DNA of 51,811 nt, filler included, from Jimgerdemannia flammicorona (taxonomy: Eukaryota), in assembly GCA_003990765.1 (NCBI GenBank). It is 2 parts of 2 records of this genome, joined end to end, with 100 filler letters (N's around TTAATTAATTAA, not from the genome) between each part and the next. Parts side by side here need not be neighbours in the genome. Positions count along the whole stretch, not along the records: positions 25,961 to 51,811 come from RBNJ01000783.1; 1 more part is not named here. One strand, 5' to 3'. The notes under the pieces are model-generated. The model made no database searches, was not told where the DNA came from, and worked only from the letters and a program-made list of their open reading frames with translations. The translations under genes and the position numbers were made by a program. Numbering within the stretch: the stretch's first letter is position 1; the number at the start of each line of letters is the position of its first letter. Positions 30,513 through 43,412 of this stretch are shown here, piece by piece.

Positions 30513-33500
30513 CTACGATCCCGGTCCCTGCAACCCCTGCAACCCAAGCATCACAAAATCATACACCAGTACCGCAATCACCATCCCAGTCATCAACCCC
30601 GTTGCGATCCACCCATAGCACACGGAGTTAAACCACACCGTCTCAGGGAACGCACGAAACAGGCGGACCTCGTCGTCGGGGATCGGTGGCATGCCCGATA
30701 TGCGACCGTCTGCCAGATAAGCAGTATGGTTATCCGCAGTCATTGAGACGAGGATGCTCGGTGTGATGTACGAGTCCGACGACGATTTCCGCGAATGAAG
30801 TGACCGCATAGAGATGACAGAGAGACGCGGAGATGCGGACGACGAGTGGTCGGCTGTCAAGGTGGGGGAGGGTTGCGGGACGGTGAGGGTCGGGATGGCC
30901 AGGCTTGGTGTGGACGGGTCGTCGGTGGTGAGCTTGCAGCTTTCGACCGAGGAGCGTTTATAGGAGCAGCTAAAAGACGACTCGCGTCTCGGCGAGGAGC
31001 TCAATGACCCCGGCGAGTGGTCACGTTTGGGGGATGTTCCTGTTGAAAGTGGAGGCGCGAGGAAATGTTGCGGAATGATGATTTTTAGGCCGTGTGGTCG
31101 CAGCGGCCTGGGAGATCCCTTTTCGTCTTCGCTATTCACCAACGCTGAGTCGGCGGGGGAGTCCTTTACTGGCTCGACAATCGTAGGCAGGCTCGCGGAG
31201 AAGCTATGGTGCGAGGGGGAGGGGTGGATGACGTGCATGGGAGATGAAGGCCGCGGGTCCCACGGGTCGGTATCGGTGTCTTCCGGCGGGATGATGGTAA
31301 TGATGGGGGAGATGGGGGTGTCGGACGTGGACCCGTGGTGGCTGCGCGGCTCGAACATGGACCCGGAGCGGCTGAACATGGACCCGGGACGGCTGAGCAT
31401 GGACCCGGAGCGGCTGCATGAAGACCGCGCCAACGGGATCGCCGAGCCCATGTGGACACTATTGAGGGTGCGGCCGGAAGTGGTCGAGTCCATGAGGACG
31501 AGGTTGTACTCGTCGCCCGGGCCGTCTGGAACGACTTCCGCTCGCGCGGCGTACTTCTTGGACGCAAAATATAGGAGAAAGGGGATGATGAAGTTGGAGC
31601 TTGAAGTGAAGATCAGACTGACGTAGTTAATCAGCATGTTCAGCCACCAGCCTGTTTGAAACGGGATGACGAGTAGCCAGGGAAGAATGGACGACCAGAA
31701 AATGGCCCAGCCTGAGCGTACCATAAAAATTTCCAGAATCATGTCAGTATTCGTTCATCCCGTCACCACACTGAACTCCGGTAATAGCCCATTCTTGACT
31801 TACCCCTCCCACAAACTTGTCCTCTTATTAAATTCGCCCTAATAACAATCGTATACACCGGAATACTCGTGATCAGCACCGCGACGGGGAATAGATATGT
31901 CGTGACGATGGAGACAGTGGAGCTGCTGCTATCGACCTGTATGGCTGGCGTCAGGTAGCCGAGCCGAGAATAAATAAGCGAAGTGTGTGATCTCAACAAC
32001 CATGCAGAGAACGCTGTGCGACGTACCGGCAATCAGATTCGAATTAGGATCCATCTGGTACGCGAGGGCACCTGTGAATATGTAGTTGCTTAGTACGATG
32101 ATTAGACGTGTATCGGGCGAAAGAACCCGCTCCGCCTACCCAACCAGTTTGTGAATCTATACCGCCATTCGCTCCGCCCATAACTGTAATCCTTACCCAT
32201 TAGCCCGAGTGCGATGTACATAAATGTTGACACGCCCACAGACCACCACACGACGGCGCGTATACTAACTTTAGGGGCCTATTCGTCAGCGATAGTCAAG
32301 AAACAGAAATCAGCATTGAACGGTCTTGAAAACCCCCGTTTTCCGCCTCCCTTCCAAATATTGCGTCACCAACCAACTCACTAGGGAATTCACGAATGAT
32401 GGTATGGTCGTGATAAACGCGAAGTTGAACAACACCATACCGACAACTTGCGAGAAGTCCTCGCCGATTGCGGGTACGTTCGACGCCGTGAGTCCGTGCA
32501 TGGAAAACGTCACCATCCAGTCGATGAGGATGATGACAAGCACGAGCAGCGATACTGGAGTGGGGAGTGGGAAGCGGAGATGGGTGCGGCGTGAGATGAT
32601 TAGGGTTGTTTCTTTTCCAGGCTCCGTTTCCAATCCTGTCTCCCCCTCCCCCCCCCCCCCCCCCTCCTCCCTTTGTCAAATTCCATCTTCTCCTACGCCT
32701 CTAGTTTTCCACGCCATTCTGATCCGTCTCACGACCACAACCTCCCCTTCCTCTCTTTCCTCCTCCCCACCGTCGGCCCGACACCTACCTATCTGAACCT
32801 TCACGTTATCTGCCAGATTCAACAGCCCCAGCGGGAACACCAACATAAAGGTAATAAGCAAACCTCCGGTCACAAACATGTAGCTGTCCACGAACGGCGA
32901 CCCAATGCTGCTCTGTGCGTGGACACACACAATCCCGGGCGGGTACATGGCTGGATCAGCGCCAGCAGTAAGTGGACGAGACGTAAGTCCAATGGGCATG
33001 GATGATTGTTGCGGTAAAAACTCAAATGCTCATGGAAAGACAAAGAGAACATCTCTCCTCCCTTTATCATTATTTTGTTTCCCAGGCGCACGTACCTATA
33101 CCGCATGTGGTGCCGAAGAGGGTGATGAGGAGCGAGTCCATGCCCTGTTTGTTGATCAAATTGTGAGAGTCGTGCGCAAAGTTTCCATCCTTTACGGTGC
33201 GTGAGAAATCGCGAAAACAAAGACAATAGGAAGCACAAAGGAGAAACGCGCAATAGCGGTCGGATTGTCACCTGTGTCGATATTATCATAGATGCGACGT
33301 TAAGCGACTGCAAGGACAGAAAAAGGATGATCTGCAGGGCAATGTGGTAACGGTTGCCGAGGAAGAGCTCTGCTAGTGTCGTGAACTCCACTTTCACCTG
33401 AAAAATAAAATAAAAAAGAGCGTTTTTGTGAGCAAAGGAAGGCATTGTGGATTATCAACACTCGTTATTAAGGGTCAAGAATACCTGAAACTTATCGTTA

Positions 33501-33914
33501 CCCTCCACGGCCGACATGGCTTCACACACGAACAACGCTGCCGACCCGCTCAAGAACCCGACGATCAGGAAAATGATGGTCGGGCTGACAACGTGGAAAG
33601 ACGGCGTAAGTGAGCGGATAGGAATGAAGGCGAAGTCAGAGAATAACGTGTTGGGGGGGGGGGGGGGGGACAATTTGACACGTCGCTCTACGGTGGCAAA
33701 GGTGCGGTAAACTCACAATAGCCATCCTGCCTGTTGGAATACTATAGGGACTGCAAAGTAGAAGTGGTGGGAAGAGGTGAGTGGCAGCGCGTTTCGTGTG
33801 GCGCCAGTGGCTCTTGAGGCGTTTGGACATACTTGAAATGAGGCCAGGACCGGTTATGGAGGATATGAGCAGGGAAAAGCCACCCCAGAATAACATTGGG
33901 TTGGACCGTGACAT
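30513..33914 (-). CDS. Amino-acid/auxin permease (Aa_trans family) transporter, multi-exon, with a long Ser/Pro-rich loop before the last TM helix
   Basis: Exons: SLLISSITGPGL, FVCEAMSAVEGNDKFQ, VEFTTLAELFLG, PLGLLNLADNVKVQ, VLFNFAFITTIPSFVN, YLFPVAVLITSIPV, SSNFIIPFLLY. The start codon is uncertain. Confidence 0.85.
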
Positions 33915-34440
33915 TTGTTTCGTGGAAATGGAGGAAGGGGTTGCTGTTGTTGCCGAGGAGCGCCCCTTAAAGAGCCCACACCCGCAGGCTGACCCTTTCC
34001 GAGCGCGCACCGCCCAATCGGGCTACCTTTCGGATCGGCTGCTGATCGTCATCGCCGAGTCCCTGATTCTTAATGTCATTGTCTGAATCCAATTCTGTTT
34101 ACCCCACCCCAAAGAGCCCACCCCAAACGACATGTCATTCTTTGCAACTCTAGCATTCGCCCATTCAAAGCGGTGGGTCTGGTATGCAGCTCTGAGATTG
34201 CCTGCGCGGCAAATCAACACTCTAGGAGCCGCCATTTAAGGAATTCAACGACCCCGGTAGTTACACGCGGACCAAAAAAAATACGTCCCATTTCCCAGCT
34301 AACAAAGCCACACGTGGGTTTTTGTGCCCTGTCACGATGACCCTATTTATTATAAAAAATTTCGCGTCGTGTAAATCCACGTGAACAATGTGCCAATCGA
34401 GATGTCTATGAGACTCCTATGTATCAGAGGAAGCTCTAAG

Positions 34441-34603
34441 CCAACTTCCAAATCATCGCCCTTTGGCAAATCGTCGTCGTTTTGGCAAATCGTCGCTCTT
34501 TGACACCCTTTTGGCAAATCGACCTTTTATAAAGATCGTTATGACAATTTGCCAAAAGGGCCGATTTGCCAAAGGATAAATAAGCTCGATTTGGGAAAGT
34601 TGG
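34441..34603. mobile_element. Short MITE-like foldback element
   Basis: Imperfect TIRs ccaacttccaaatc / gatttgggaaagttgg, with three tttggcaaatcg motifs facing two atttgccaaa motifs. No clear TSD. Confidence 0.6.
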
Positions 34604-35082
34604 GAGTCGAGTTTGAATGAGAGATGTGGAAACATGAGCTGTGCTATTCTGCGGATGTTTAGAGACCAGAAAAACATCTACAGCATAAGAAATTGCGGCT
34701 TGAGAACACAAGAAATATCAAGACCGCCACTTGAGTGTGGCACCGAAAACTGTGGAAAGTATGCCATTGTATGAGAATGTCAACAACTGTGATGCTGGAG
34801 TAGATTAAGGACCGAGCAGCGCCAGAATACAGATATAAATTGCTCTACCTCTGCTTGATGGTAATTACCAGCATCAATGCCGATCGCATGGCGGCAAACC
34901 GTATGAATGTGGTGAGCAGGAATTTTGAGGCGATCGTAGATGGAGTGTGGGACAGTGCTCGGTCGAGCGTAGTGAGAAAACCGTAATACACGCCTGCCCC
35001 ACAAATATCAGCCTCACTTGGCCAGGTGAGTGGCCGTCCAGTGGAAATTACCTTGGTCATCTGCTTGAAAAAAAAAAAACAA

Positions 35083-35119
<37 letters not shown>

Positions 35120-35749
35120 GTGAATTTGACTAAACAGCACCACCAATACACGCATAATGTTGGCTCTGTATTTGGGGGTTTCATGATATCGTCAAAGAGA
35201 TCCTCCGCGAGACATTCGCTATGTCGATAACATTGGAGTCCATAACCGTTGCTGGGTTTATGACAGGAGGATTAAAGAAGTGCTGATAAAGCACCTATTA
35301 GTGATAATATTCCTATTTCCATCCATATCTATAACAATCCACAGACCTTCCCTCCGTACCCCGCCCATCTCCATCTCAATGCTTACCCCTCCTCGATGGA
35401 TAAATTTAGCTCAGCAACAGATGGTATTGAAATCCGCCTTGGACCTGGAGGTCTGGCTAGGGGCGATGCCTACTATCCAGAGTATTTGATGACGAGATTG
35501 TGAGATAAAGAGAATCTTTCACCTCGTAAATTATATGGAGAGGTCGAAATATGTTGATCGCAAATACAATAATCTTTGGATCTTCATTTAGTTGTAAGAA
35601 TCGATAAATATAGATTTTGCAACCAGAATAAGAGACACATACAGCACGCCTAGCTTCATGATCATAATAAATCAAAAACCGGTGGCGTTGACGTTGGCGT
35701 TCGGGCATATTCATTATTACCCTACTAAATCGGCCCCTTGACAGCTTGC

Positions 35750-37250
35750 GAAACACTGTCTAGAGCCGCGGAGGCGACGTAATGAACTTAAACCACCAAG
35801 TCGAATGATACTTGCGAAAGTAATACGTAATGAAGAAGCCGACAAACACCCACGATGAGAAGATGAAGGGATCGGCCGGAGGCATCATGGTAGTAGGACG
35901 GGTATATGGATGTGTTTCAGGGTACTTCTTGGCAAGGTAGTAGAAAGATATAGGCCGATGATTTAAGAGAGGATGCTGATAGATTAACGAGAGAAGATGG
36001 TTAAGGACGAGAAAGTTGACCGGAGAGAGGGAGCTTTATCCGTAGCAACACAGGGGTGATCCCCCCAAATAAATAAATAAATAAAATAAAATACGGAAAA
36101 CCAGAAAACGACGTTGTAGGGCTTTCACTGCCGAGCCACTTAGCTGGACCGATAACACCCCGAATTGCGGATACAGCGTAGAAGGTCTTAGCACCGTTGT
36201 AGGTGGTAGGACATAGGCAATTGGATAATTTCGGATAAATCAAACCAATGACTGGGTTGCTGGTTGGTCACTTAGTGATGCCAACGAGGAGCTCAAAAAA
36301 TCAGCAAATCGCAACAGCTAGGAGGAGCCCTAATATTCACCATAAAGATTAATATCACATACAAGCTATTATATGAATGTCCCACCAGGACAACCCGATC
36401 AGCGACACATAAATTGTGAGAGAGCGTCAAGGAGACCAACAGAATGGTATAGTACCGACTTCAGAATGCTGCCTCGTGAGCTTGGTGTGGATGTCGGGAT
36501 TTTCCTCACGGCTGAGTTTCCATTGTTCGAAGATTTGTTTTCTATTCCACAAGATGATGCGCGATAACGGCCAATCCGGGGAAGCCAATGCCGTAGGTGA
36601 TAGCGAAGAAAGATGAAAGGCGGAAGGACCGTAGTCTATGTATTCCGTCTCGTTGAGACTAGGTTGACGACTCTCCAAATATCGTGTTCTCACCGCCGAT
36701 AGTAAATAGGGCCGAGTTGCTGATTGGATAGGCTTGCGAGCTCCAGATATTGCTATAAGATATGGTTGAAACAACCTGTCGATGAATAAGGCATATGCTA
36801 AACACTGTCATGGAAGGCAATCCAGCTTATCGCGAAGACTTACGTATAGTAAAGAAGTAAGGTGAAACCGACGAGGTCGCTGGCGCGAACCCACCAGAAA
36901 ACAACCATGGGGGATGAAAGCCAGGAGGTCACGATATTCCAGTCGAATGTCAATGCAAACATGTCAAGGCCACAGCCATCGCCGGTCAGCTGTCTCAGAT
37001 ATCCAGCGCCATCCAGCAGGCCCCAAGGAAAGGCAGATAGAACACGTAGAGAGCATAATATCCCCGATCAATATGGTCATTCCGGAAAACTAGCTCTGAG
37101 TAATTTTTATGTTTGCGTTACGTCCCGCGTCGTCGAAAGTGATGGTGAAACTGGAGACAATGTGCATTCAGGAATTGCTCGGCCAAAACAAATAGCATAT
37201 GTATGACCGTGAGAGTTTCCCATTGTCATAGCTATGTAATCAAGTGGACT
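35750..37250 (-). pseudogene. OPT-family oligopeptide transporter pseudogene
   Basis: Ordered fragments: QLTGDGCGLDMFALTFDWNIVTSWLSSPMVVFWW, LNETEYIDYGP, ENPDIHTKL, TFYAVSAIRGVIGPAKW, MMPPA...SSWVFVGFFITYYFRKYHSTWWFK. Frameshifts and deletions are present. Boundaries are approximate. Confidence 0.8.
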
Positions 37251-39593
37251 TTCTCTTACGATCCACTCCTAACTGGTTCCGCATGCTTGTGGGAGGCGAG
37301 TGGTTTGTGTGGGCGTTGTGTTATAAGCTCGGTTAGTTATGCTTTTCGTCTCCTTTTTTAAACTCGTTTTCCGACCTGAGTATCTCAGCCGCTAGATAAA
37401 GCTCAAAGATTCATAGGGCAACTATATAAAGTTCGGTCCGGGTCGGCTGACTTCAAAAGAATATTGTATGTTATATTAAAAACCAGAAGGTGAAAATGCA
37501 AATTAACAGAACCATAGTGTTCCATAATTATATAAAGATAAATCACCAATTTGGAGATGCGCACTGGCACCATGGCGAAAGTGATTTGTTAGGCGCGTTC
37601 GTCTGAAAACCACTCGTTGTCACAGTATTATCATTGTAGACGTCGAAGCATAATCCTCAGTTATGCTTTGGCCCTCTAGTCACTCTTGAATATAAATTAA
37701 AACACCCATTAATGTGTGGATTATCTGAGGTATCCTCTACGTGTATCTTATCCTTCGACATGCATGCCCCTCATTAGGTCTGGAACAGATTTTTAGCCCC
37801 ATAAAAGTGGTGCTGCCCACCTTGGTCATAATTACATCGGGGGATCTGTCGACATTTTTTGGGAATTGCCCCAACGATTTAAGGTTCCGCCAGAACCAGA
37901 CTGGTCATCTTTCGTTAATTGATTCCCCACTGCTCTTCCTCTTCCCGTCATCTCTTCCCTTTCCTTCCTTTTGGTTTACCTTGCTCGCTGACTGATCGCT
38001 GACTACCAAATAGTCAAGACTCAGGCGGGAGTTTCACCCGCGTTAGTTGCACTTATACGTAGATGAACTTCGGATTTTGAAACAAGATCAACATCACTCG
38101 CCGATACTAAATAAGAGAGTGGGCGATTCCGTGAGCACCAGGTGTTTTTTCTTGACCATATGAACAGGCAGCTGTCGTGCGAGTCAGAGAGTAACATTGA
38201 TATCCACCCACCAATGAGTTGGGAAGTACGACATCGACGTACGGCGGGCAGAGCCCCTCCATCAACGGCCCACTTCAATGTACGCATTGGAGGAGCCGCG
38301 CAGCGAGAACTCTGCTTATTTCCGTTGAACTTGTGGTAGCGCTGTATCGACACCACGAACTGGAACTTGCGTTGCGCCGTCCATTCCATTTCGTCTTTCA
38401 GATTTGTGGTCAGAAAGAATTGTAGCAAGAGGAGCGATGCGGCCGAGTTACATACAGATGTTCAGGACTGCCTTGCGTTTTTTTTCTTACGCATTACTTT
38501 CTGGCGCGGAAGAGCTGCCCCGCCACCCCATTCGCAAAAAGGTAAGGGACAAACGAGTTCTCGGAGAAACGACTTTTATTTCGTTGGCAAGACGGGTAGC
38601 AAGTCCAAGATCAAAATAACAAACCTAGCGTATGCATGCCCGGGCGAACGCGCTTTCTCTTCTCTGTTTCCCCTATCAACAGGCCCGTGTATGCCTACCT
38701 TTCTTAACCGATGAAATCTCTTGGGTAAGTACAAGCCCCTTAGCTAGTACCCTTCCGCGTTGTTGAGTTATTGCACGAGCTTGGGGTTCTTGACTTAACT
38801 GCGACTGTGACGTGATGGCGGATGGCAGGTTCAAGTTCTGCGTTTATCTGCCCGGTTTCCTGATCCTGGGTAATGGCAAGTTGGATGACAAACATCATGC
38901 GTCCATATTCCACTGTGGCGAGTACCTGCAGATTGTGTCGACATCCTTGGTGAGCTTGAGGAAAATCTCCCGTCTGTCTTGTCGCATTCGCCAGCTGTGG
39001 AGAAGAGCAAGACTTGCCGGTAGCCACTGTCGGAGTGTCAGGCCATGTTGCTGTTGGGAAGAAACAGACATTTAGGACTATATTGCGACAAGCTGCGTGG
39101 ACTTCGGAATAACAGAAAAAAAGGTACAGTAAGAAATGAAACATCTCGGCCTAACGAAAACAAACGAAAGGAGGTCTTGTCATGAGAATGATGAAGTAAT
39201 GTCATAATACTCTCTTACAGGAGGGTGGGGAAGTTGCAGCATCCAGTGCACTAATTCATTTCGACTAGCCAGTACAGTGTGGAATATTAAATTCCCCGTA
39301 CATTATAGGTGTTTTTCGCGAAAAGAGAAGGGGCACTCAGAGTTGGTGGTTTGCTTGTCCACATGTAGGGTGGTTCATTTGAGGTCGAGGCGTATAACCA
39401 AGTCCCCATTTGTAATTGGTTTCACATCTCCGCTATCTCAAGATTGTGTTACCAAATGTGTATCGGACGATTATGTGATATAGCTCACATCTCAGTGCCT
39501 TCACTTGGTCGCGACGACTACTGACTGAAGTTATACTTCGCAACTCTATACTTTCCTCTTCACAACTTATCACCATACAATCCTCCTCCAAAG

Positions 39594-41160
39594 ATGCCTG
39601 AGCCTCCTGAGGTCGACGTGCTCATAATAGGAGCTGGTCCAGCAGGCTTATACGCAGCGGCGAACTTGAATCGATACGGGTTCTCGGTAAGAATCATCGG
39701 TAAGTGCACTTTGTAGTATTATCATCCTCGCATTACGAACTTTCAGTCGTTTGCTCACAAGTATGCGGTTGTGACTCGTACAGATAAATCCACGGAAGAG
39801 AGATATGGACGAGCTTCACTCTTCCATGCTAGATCGATCGAGCTCCTTCACCAGACTGGCTTCGGCGAGCGGTTCATGCAATTTGGAGTCCCTGTAACAG
39901 ACGTCTGGGCGTTCATTGACGGCGAGCCTGAGGGGAGAATTCTTTTCGATAAGTCTTCGTATAACGATACCACTTACCAATTCGCGCTTAGTATTAGACA
40001 ATTCAAAACCGAGCACCTGTTCGGTGAATTCCTGGAAGAGAATGGTGTGAAGGTGGAAAGACCAGTTGAAATTATTCATTTTGATGTGTTGGAAAACGGC
40101 GTGATATCGACATTAAGAGGTAAATTATTAATATTCGAATACTGTCATTTAATCGAATGAAACAAAATTAAAGTTATTTCAATTTTGACACTTAGACCTG
40201 ACGACAGAGACGACCTTTGGTATAGTATATCGTCGGATACCAGCTCTGTTGGTGGCTACAGTCATCTTCACGGAGAACTAAGCATTGTTACCTTTGTATG
40301 CTTACTCATGTGGTAATGAACATTGACCACTTCAGAGGTACGATCAAAATACCTCCTAGGATGTGACGGAGCTCATAGCTTCGTTCGAAAGCAGCTCGGG
40401 TTTATATGGGAGGGTGATAGCGACGACATGTTGTTTGCAAGACTGGATGGAATTATTGAAACCAACGTACCTCATTCGGATAAAGCACTGTTTGTAGAAA
40501 TATTTACTCTTACTGATTTTCTTTCGTGGTTTAATCGTACAACCACGTCAATGACGACTCACTACATCCAAATGGGTATCAGGCAAGTGCAAAACAAAAA
40601 ATATGGAACAAGTAAGCCTCTGGCTCCGATTTCTGTTTCTTGATATCTTTTGTCCCGTGCTCGCTTTAATTTATATAATTATGCACGAGTTGTTTTTTTT
40701 TTTTTTTTTACGATCGTCGTTATCGCACTTGGTACATATTCTAAAAGGTCATCACTACTCCTAGCCATGTATGTGCCCCTTGACGGCGGTGCTACTAGGA
40801 TTGGTTTCCCCATACGATTAGAGAAAGAAGGGGGTGTGGTCGACCGAAGCAATATTACCGCCGAAAGCCTCATCGAACACGCGAAACGTAGCTTTGCTCC
40901 ATACGAGTTGCATTTCAAAGAGTTGCAATGGTGGACTGCTTACGGAGGTGAGGATTTTGGATAAATCACCGTAAAAAATATATACAATCAGGCGACTACC
41001 TCGTACACATATGCCCTAGGGCCAATATATTGCACCAAAGGATCGGATTTTGTTAAGATTTTGTTATCCACATTCATACGTACCATCCAGTCGGCCACCG
41101 CATTGCTGAGCAGTTTTCCTTACAACGGAGGGTATTCCTGTGTGGCGATTCATGGTGAGC

Positions 41161-41193
<33 letters not shown>

Positions 41194-42286
41194 CATATCA
41201 CAGTTTAAGTAATGACGACTTCCTGCACCACAATCCAACCATTGTCAAAAGCCACACCCATTCGTCGACAGCTGCTCAAGGTAAATACATCACACTCTTC
41301 GTCCACAGTCACTGACATATTCATTCCTGCCGCCTAACATTACTGAATTCCTTCACAATGAATATCTAAAGGGATGAATCTTGGAATCATGGATTCTCAT
41401 AACCTTGCGTGGAAGATACTCTGGTATGAACGCAAGGGAGCCAAGGCGGATATCTTGGATACATATCAGCAGGAGCGCAAATGTGTAGCCGAAGAGGTCA
41501 TTGCCATTGATCGAAAACTGGCAAGCTTCACCGCAAATAAAACTCCCAAAAACTCCTCGACTGGTTTGAACTCAACCTTCGCAAAGGTCAGTCTAAGTAC
41601 ATTATAAATTATCCCGTTCCTCAATAGATAAAGTCGTCATTCTTCGAATATTTTTAACATCGTGATGGCGCCAATTTATTCTGATGTAGGAATTCAATCA
41701 CTCCTTTGTCAAGAACTGGGCTTTCACAATGGGCACCGGCGTCGAATATACCGAGAATTTTCTCAATTCATTTGATGATGGAATGCCACTCGGCGAGAAT
41801 TCGTGGCCTCGCCCAGGTCAAAGAGCCCCAGACGGATGGTTGCTGAAGTATCCCGAATTACAACGCATTCAGCTCTTCATGGAGATGCCTCAAACCGGAT
41901 GCTTCCACGTGCTCGTCTTCGCAGGCGACCTGGGCCGCAACATCAACAGCTTGCAGTCTTTTGCGGGACATCTACATTCCGATCAGGCGTTCTGGGAGCG
42001 TTATGGCAGAGACGAATCGTTCAAAATCCTTTTCATCACCCTTACAATGGCGAACCGCGTCGTCGACAAATCGCTCCCCATCGACACCTTTCTCGGGGCG
42101 CATGCTCTTTACGTTGACGCGCAGGGACCCGACGATGCCATCGGAGCCTGTCACAAGAGGTATGGTGTTGATGCTGAGGGGCAAGGTGAAATTGTTGTGG
42201 TGCGGCCAGATGGTTGGGTGGGTTATTGTGTTGATTTAGCTAACTATGGTAATATTGACAAATACTTTGAGACATTTATGTTGTAA
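39594..42286 (+). CDS. FAD-dependent aromatic (phenol 2-monooxygenase-like) monooxygenase, multi-exon
   Basis: DVLIIGAGPAGL, GCDGAHSFVRK, RVFLCGD, HTHSSTAAQG-MNLGIMDSHNLAWK, PGQRAPD and VVVRPDGWVG, with GT-AG introns. Confidence 0.93.
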
Positions 42287-42299
42287 TGAATTTGATTAG

Positions 42300-43130
42300 G
42301 TATGATTATGAACAATTTTCAATTTTCAATATTATTATTTTTTTTTTAAGGGGGTCTTTTGTTCCATCATGAGCTAAAGAAGAGAATATTCTTTCTTCAT
42401 GAGTTAAGAAAGTAATTCTAATTTCTTTACATAGGTGTGCAAAAACAAAAAACAAAAAACAAAAAACATATGAAAAACAGAAGAGGTTAAAAAGTATATA
42501 AGAGAGCTTATGAGAGGCTCTCAGATGAACTTGGGCAAATATGACTTAGATAAGTCTACCAGATAGAGAGCAAAAAAGAAAAAGATTAGAAGTACAACTA
42601 TTATTCATCTAGTTGATTATTTATTCTATTATCTATTATATATGTATTATAATTATAATAAACTCAAATTAAAATTACATTTTAGAGTATATACATATTT
42701 TAATATTTATATTTATATTAATAAATTAATATTATAATTAAAGAATTTTTAAATTACTAAGATTAAGTGTATTTTTAACTTTTTAGTAATATATTAAGAT
42801 TTTTAAGAATTATTAAAAACAATTACACTAATATTTTAATATATATTATAATATAGATAATGTTTAATCTGAAAAGTATATTAGATTATTTAACTCTTAG
42901 TCAATTACAGAGTGAGACTGAAAATATATTCTTGCAAATCTATTTCAAAACTATATTGCTAATAGTAATAATAATAATAATTAAGAATTATTACTATAAT
43001 TTAAATATATTCTAGAAAATAAGAAGACTGATCTAAAAAAAAAAAAAAGTAATTCGTAGTTATATTAGTTAAAGTTTTTTTTCACTAAATTATATTAACA
43101 CTGTGAGCTTTCAATTTGAAATATTGAAAG
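42300..43130. other. Very AT-rich, CpG-poor intergenic block (probable old repeat relic)
   Basis: Abrupt compositional change between two genes; no ORF. Confidence 0.45.
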
Positions 43131-43412
43131 AAGCCAACTTCTATTAAGATGTAAGCTTAAAGGCTTAGACCACTTGAAGGTGTTCAAGTTATTGTCTGGG
43201 AGGGAAGGAACGAGGATCGGCCACGCGTCATGTTCGCGTTTGTTGTTCAAGGCAGGCTGCCGAATGCGGCATTTGTGCCACGGATTTATGTGTTTCATCT
43301 CCGCCCATACTTGGATTTAACAACATTACTGGAGTACTTGGATCTAACAACGGTGTCGGGCAATAATCCACAGGAAAGCCCCTCCTGTCCACAAATAATA
43401 ATAAAGAAACTC

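Noticed and set aside
34780..35500. Possible further pseudogene fragments around the poly(A) run at 35069-35116
   Set aside because: No recognisable motifs and no TSD; such homopolymer runs occur in introns throughout this contig.
38021..39144. WD40-like pseudogene fragments (LLSDSHDSCLFIWS, YLVSASD)
   Set aside because: Only isolated short motifs; no ordered family match could be established.
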